Shown: positions 54,590 to 56,554 of the stretch, piece after piece
Position numbering within the stretch: position 1 is the first letter of the stretch
How the letters are laid out: the number at the start of each line of letters is the position of its first letter
NCBI GenBank assembly: GCA_001785735.1
Contig: MFUP01000014.1
Location: forward strand, 1 to 56,554
DNA length: 56,554 nucleotides
Source of the DNA: Candidatus Nomurabacteria bacterium RIFCSPLOWO2_01_FULL_33_24
Lineage (GTDB): Bacteria > Patescibacteriota > Minisyncoccia > Phycocordibacterales > MFUP01
Direction: 5' to 3'
The notes under the pieces: model-generated
The model's database searches: none
What the model was told of the DNA's origin: nothing
The model's input: only the letters and a program-made list of their open reading frames with translations
Position numbers and translations under genes: made by a program

Positions 54590-55597
54590 ATGATTAAATT
54601 AATAAAAAATAATTTAAAAATTAATATTATAAGAGAATTATTAATAATTTCTATTGGTGTTTTTATATTATTAGCAATCCCTGTTAGGGCCCAATATGAA
54701 TCAGATATTCCAATTAAAATGACCCCCGAAATCCCAGGAGCTTATGAAAGAACAACTTTAAAAATAGAGAGTTATTTAATTGATACTGAGACTACTAAAA
54801 TATCGTGGTCTCAGGACGGAAAACTTAAACTTTCTGGAATAGGAGAAGAGAGTTTTTCTTTTACCACAGGAGAAGTTGGCTCAAAAACAACCATAAAAAC
54901 CGTGGTGGCCACTAGCGGTGGTTCAATAAGTAAAACAACTATTATCCAGCCAGCTGAGATTGATTTACTTTGGCAAGCAACTGATTCTTATGTTCCCCCT
55001 TTTTATAAAGGAAAGGCTCTCCCTTCGTCAGAGGCAAAAATTAAGGTTGTCGCTATCCCAAACGTTAAAGTTAATAATCGTGGTTTGGGGGTAAATGATT
55101 TTGTTTTTAATTGGAAAAAAAATTACAACATTATGCCGGGATCTTCTGGTTTTGGTAAAGATTCTTTCAACTTAACAAGTAATATTTTAAATGATGCTGA
55201 AAAAATCACCTTAAAAATAGCTTCTCTTGACGGGAAGTATGGGGCTCAAAACAATATTTCTATAAAAACAACGGATCCTAAAATTGTTTTTTATGAGAAT
55301 AATCCTATTCGTGGAATAAATTATGATAATGCTTTAAATAACGGTTTTTCTATGACCAGCGAAGAAACTACTATTGTGGCTGAACCTTATTTTTTCTCTC
55401 CTTCCGATATTTATCTTCGTGATTATAAATATCAGTGGTTAATTAATAACCAAACAATAGAAATCCCTAGTCCTCAAAATATATTGACTGTTCGTAGAGG
55501 AGAAGGGGGAGGGGGGGTAACAACTATTTCTTTATCAATGGAAAATATGATGAAACTTTTTCAATCAGCTAAAGCCTTTATGTCAATTAATTTGTAA
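54590..55597 (+). CDS. hypothetical membrane-anchored or secreted protein
   Basis: 335-aa ORF with an N-terminal TM helix (LLIISIGVFILLAIPV) and a beta-rich body. Contains a G5-A-G7 tract. Confidence 0.55.
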   Translation: MIKLIKNNLKINIIRELLIISIGVFILLAIPVRAQYESDIPIKMTPEIPGAYERTTLKIESYLIDTETTKISWSQDGKLKLSGIGEESFSFTTGEVGSKTTIKTVVATSGGSISKTTIIQPAEIDLLWQATDSYVPPFYKGKALPSSEAKIKVVAIPNVKVNNRGLGVNDFVFNWKKNYNIMPGSSGFGKDSFNLTSNILNDAEKITLKIASLDGKYGAQNNISIKTTDPKIVFYENNPIRGINYDNALNNGFSMTSEETTIVAEPYFFSPSDIYLRDYKYQWLINNQTIEIPSPQNILTVRRGEGGGGVTTISLSMENMMKLFQSAKAFMSINL

Positions 55598-55600
55598 AAA

Positions 55601-56554
55601 ATGAAAATATTTAATTTACAACTGAAAAATATTTTTATTATGATTGTTTTAGTGGTTATCTTAAGTGGTAGTTTTTTAATTCCATCAACTTTTGCCCAAA
55701 TCGCAAGAACCATAACACTTAATTCTGAAACTATCACTATTGTAGCCGGGCTTCCTAGGGTTACTATTTCAGGAACAATAACTGGATCTGACCCTCAAAA
55801 CTTAACTTTAATATTAACTTATTCTACCTCTTATTCTTATTCTTATCCTTCTTCTATTGTTAGTTTGACCCCTGACACCAGCGGAGTGTTTAGTCATTCT
55901 ATTACCAGTGGTTTGGCTTTAGGAACAACATATTATTATAAAATAGAAACAGCTGGATTTTCAAAAAATGATACATTTCACACCCTTGGAGGGGGAACAC
56001 CTCCTCCTCCTCATGCTGATGTTTACCAACTCTTAGCTCCCCTTCCTGATGTAAGTGGTGGTTTAGAAGAAATAGACACAAATGACCCGGCTGCTCTTGG
56101 AAAATATTTTAATCTTATTTTTAGTCTCTTTATTGGGGTCGCTTCTGTTTTGGCAGTTATCATGATTGTTATTGCTGGTATTCAATATATGTCTACTGAC
56201 GCTGTTACTGGTAAGGAGGAAGGGAAAAAAAAGATTCAAGACGCTATTTTGGGGTTAGTTCTTATTTTGGGAGCTTGGCTGATTTTACACACCATTAATC
56301 CAGATTTAGTCAATTTAAGTTTAGGGGTAGAGGGGGTAAGTATCGAAGTTGACGACACCCCTCAAGTGGCAATTGGCGGTCAATATTGCAGAAAAAGTGG
56401 TGGCCCTTATCAAGAGGGGTCTTCATGGACAAACACCCGTGGACTCATCCCAATATTACCAACAAGAGTTACTTTAAACCACGGAGGAGAAACAATTGGA
56501 GGAAATTGTACTACGGTTGGACAACCAAGTTGTACAAGCACGATAGGATTAGAC
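55601..56554 (+). CDS. multidomain protein containing a VirB2/TrbC-like T4SS pilin domain, partial (3' end beyond right window edge)
   Basis: Absent from the ORF track because it is edge-truncated. Manual translation from ATG 55601 is open to the last base (318 codons). It has a signal peptide and an FN3-like domain (TTYYYKIET). Then comes YQLLAPLP...LGKYFNLIFSLFIGVASVLAVIMIVIAGIQYMSTDAVTGKEEGKKKIQDAILGLVLILGAWLILHTINPDLV: two hydrophobic helices around a charged loop, as in CPR-type T4SS pilins (from memory). A Cys-containing extension follows. Confidence 0.65.
   Translation, partial: MKIFNLQLKNIFIMIVLVVILSGSFLIPSTFAQIARTITLNSETITIVAGLPRVTISGTITGSDPQNLTLILTYSTSYSYSYPSSIVSLTPDTSGVFSHSITSGLALGTTYYYKIETAGFSKNDTFHTLGGGTPPPPHADVYQLLAPLPDVSGGLEEIDTNDPAALGKYFNLIFSLFIGVASVLAVIMIVIAGIQYMSTDAVTGKEEGKKKIQDAILGLVLILGAWLILHTINPDLVNLSLGVEGVSIEVDDTPQVAIGGQYCRKSGGPYQEGSSWTNTRGLIPILPTRVTLNHGGETIGGNCTTVGQPSCTSTIGLD

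Noticed and set aside
1-56554. Alternative genetic code (UGA recoding, as in some CPR lineages)
   Set aside because: Long conserved genes (pnp, hppA, rny, comM, the VirB4-like gene, the giant ORF) are intact under the standard bacterial code. Several coupled junctions (ATGA) use TGA as a functional stop.

Overview
Low-GC chromosomal fragment (about 25-35% GC by eye). It is densely coded, and host genes mostly lack Shine-Dalgarno sequences. By inference it comes from a reduced-genome Patescibacteria/CPR-like (Parcubacteria-like) bacterium. All protein calls come from motif recognition by eye; no searches were run.

Housekeeping genes I recognise:
- Transcription and regulation: nusA, an ECF sigma factor, HU, a DksA/TraR zinc finger.
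- Membrane, protein folding and turnover: membrane H+-pyrophosphatase, a trigger factor lacking its PPIase domain, clpP.
- RNA and tRNA metabolism: RNase Y, CCA-adding enzyme, rpsO, pnp, rsmA, a YraN-like nuclease, four tRNA genes.
- DNA repair and recombination: xth, a Xer-type recombinase, ComM/YifB.
- Other: a PRPP-synthetase-like protein and a LysM-M23 peptidase.

Three regions stand out:
1. A 13.7-kb gene (724-14430, minus strand) encodes a 4,568-aa modular secreted protein. It is translationally coupled to a small membrane protein and followed by another anchored protein.
2. A 1.65-kb island (28922-30569) of about 55-58% GC is bounded by ~90-bp imperfect inverted repeats. It carries an orphan PurM-like gene with the only canonical SD found among the start regions inspected, and it abuts the terminator hairpin of a tRNA-Gly gene.
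3. A ten-gene co-directional operon (44387 to beyond 56554) encodes a Gram-positive-style type IV secretion or conjugative-pilus-like apparatus. It has PrgI/VirB3-like, VirB4-like (apparently split), VirB6/TrbL-like and VirB2/TrbC-like pilin-domain proteins, plus several secreted proteins with poly-G tracts. No relaxase or coupling protein is in view.

Two edge-truncated ORFs (1-704 minus, 55601-56554 plus) are missing from the supplied ORF track and were found by manual translation.
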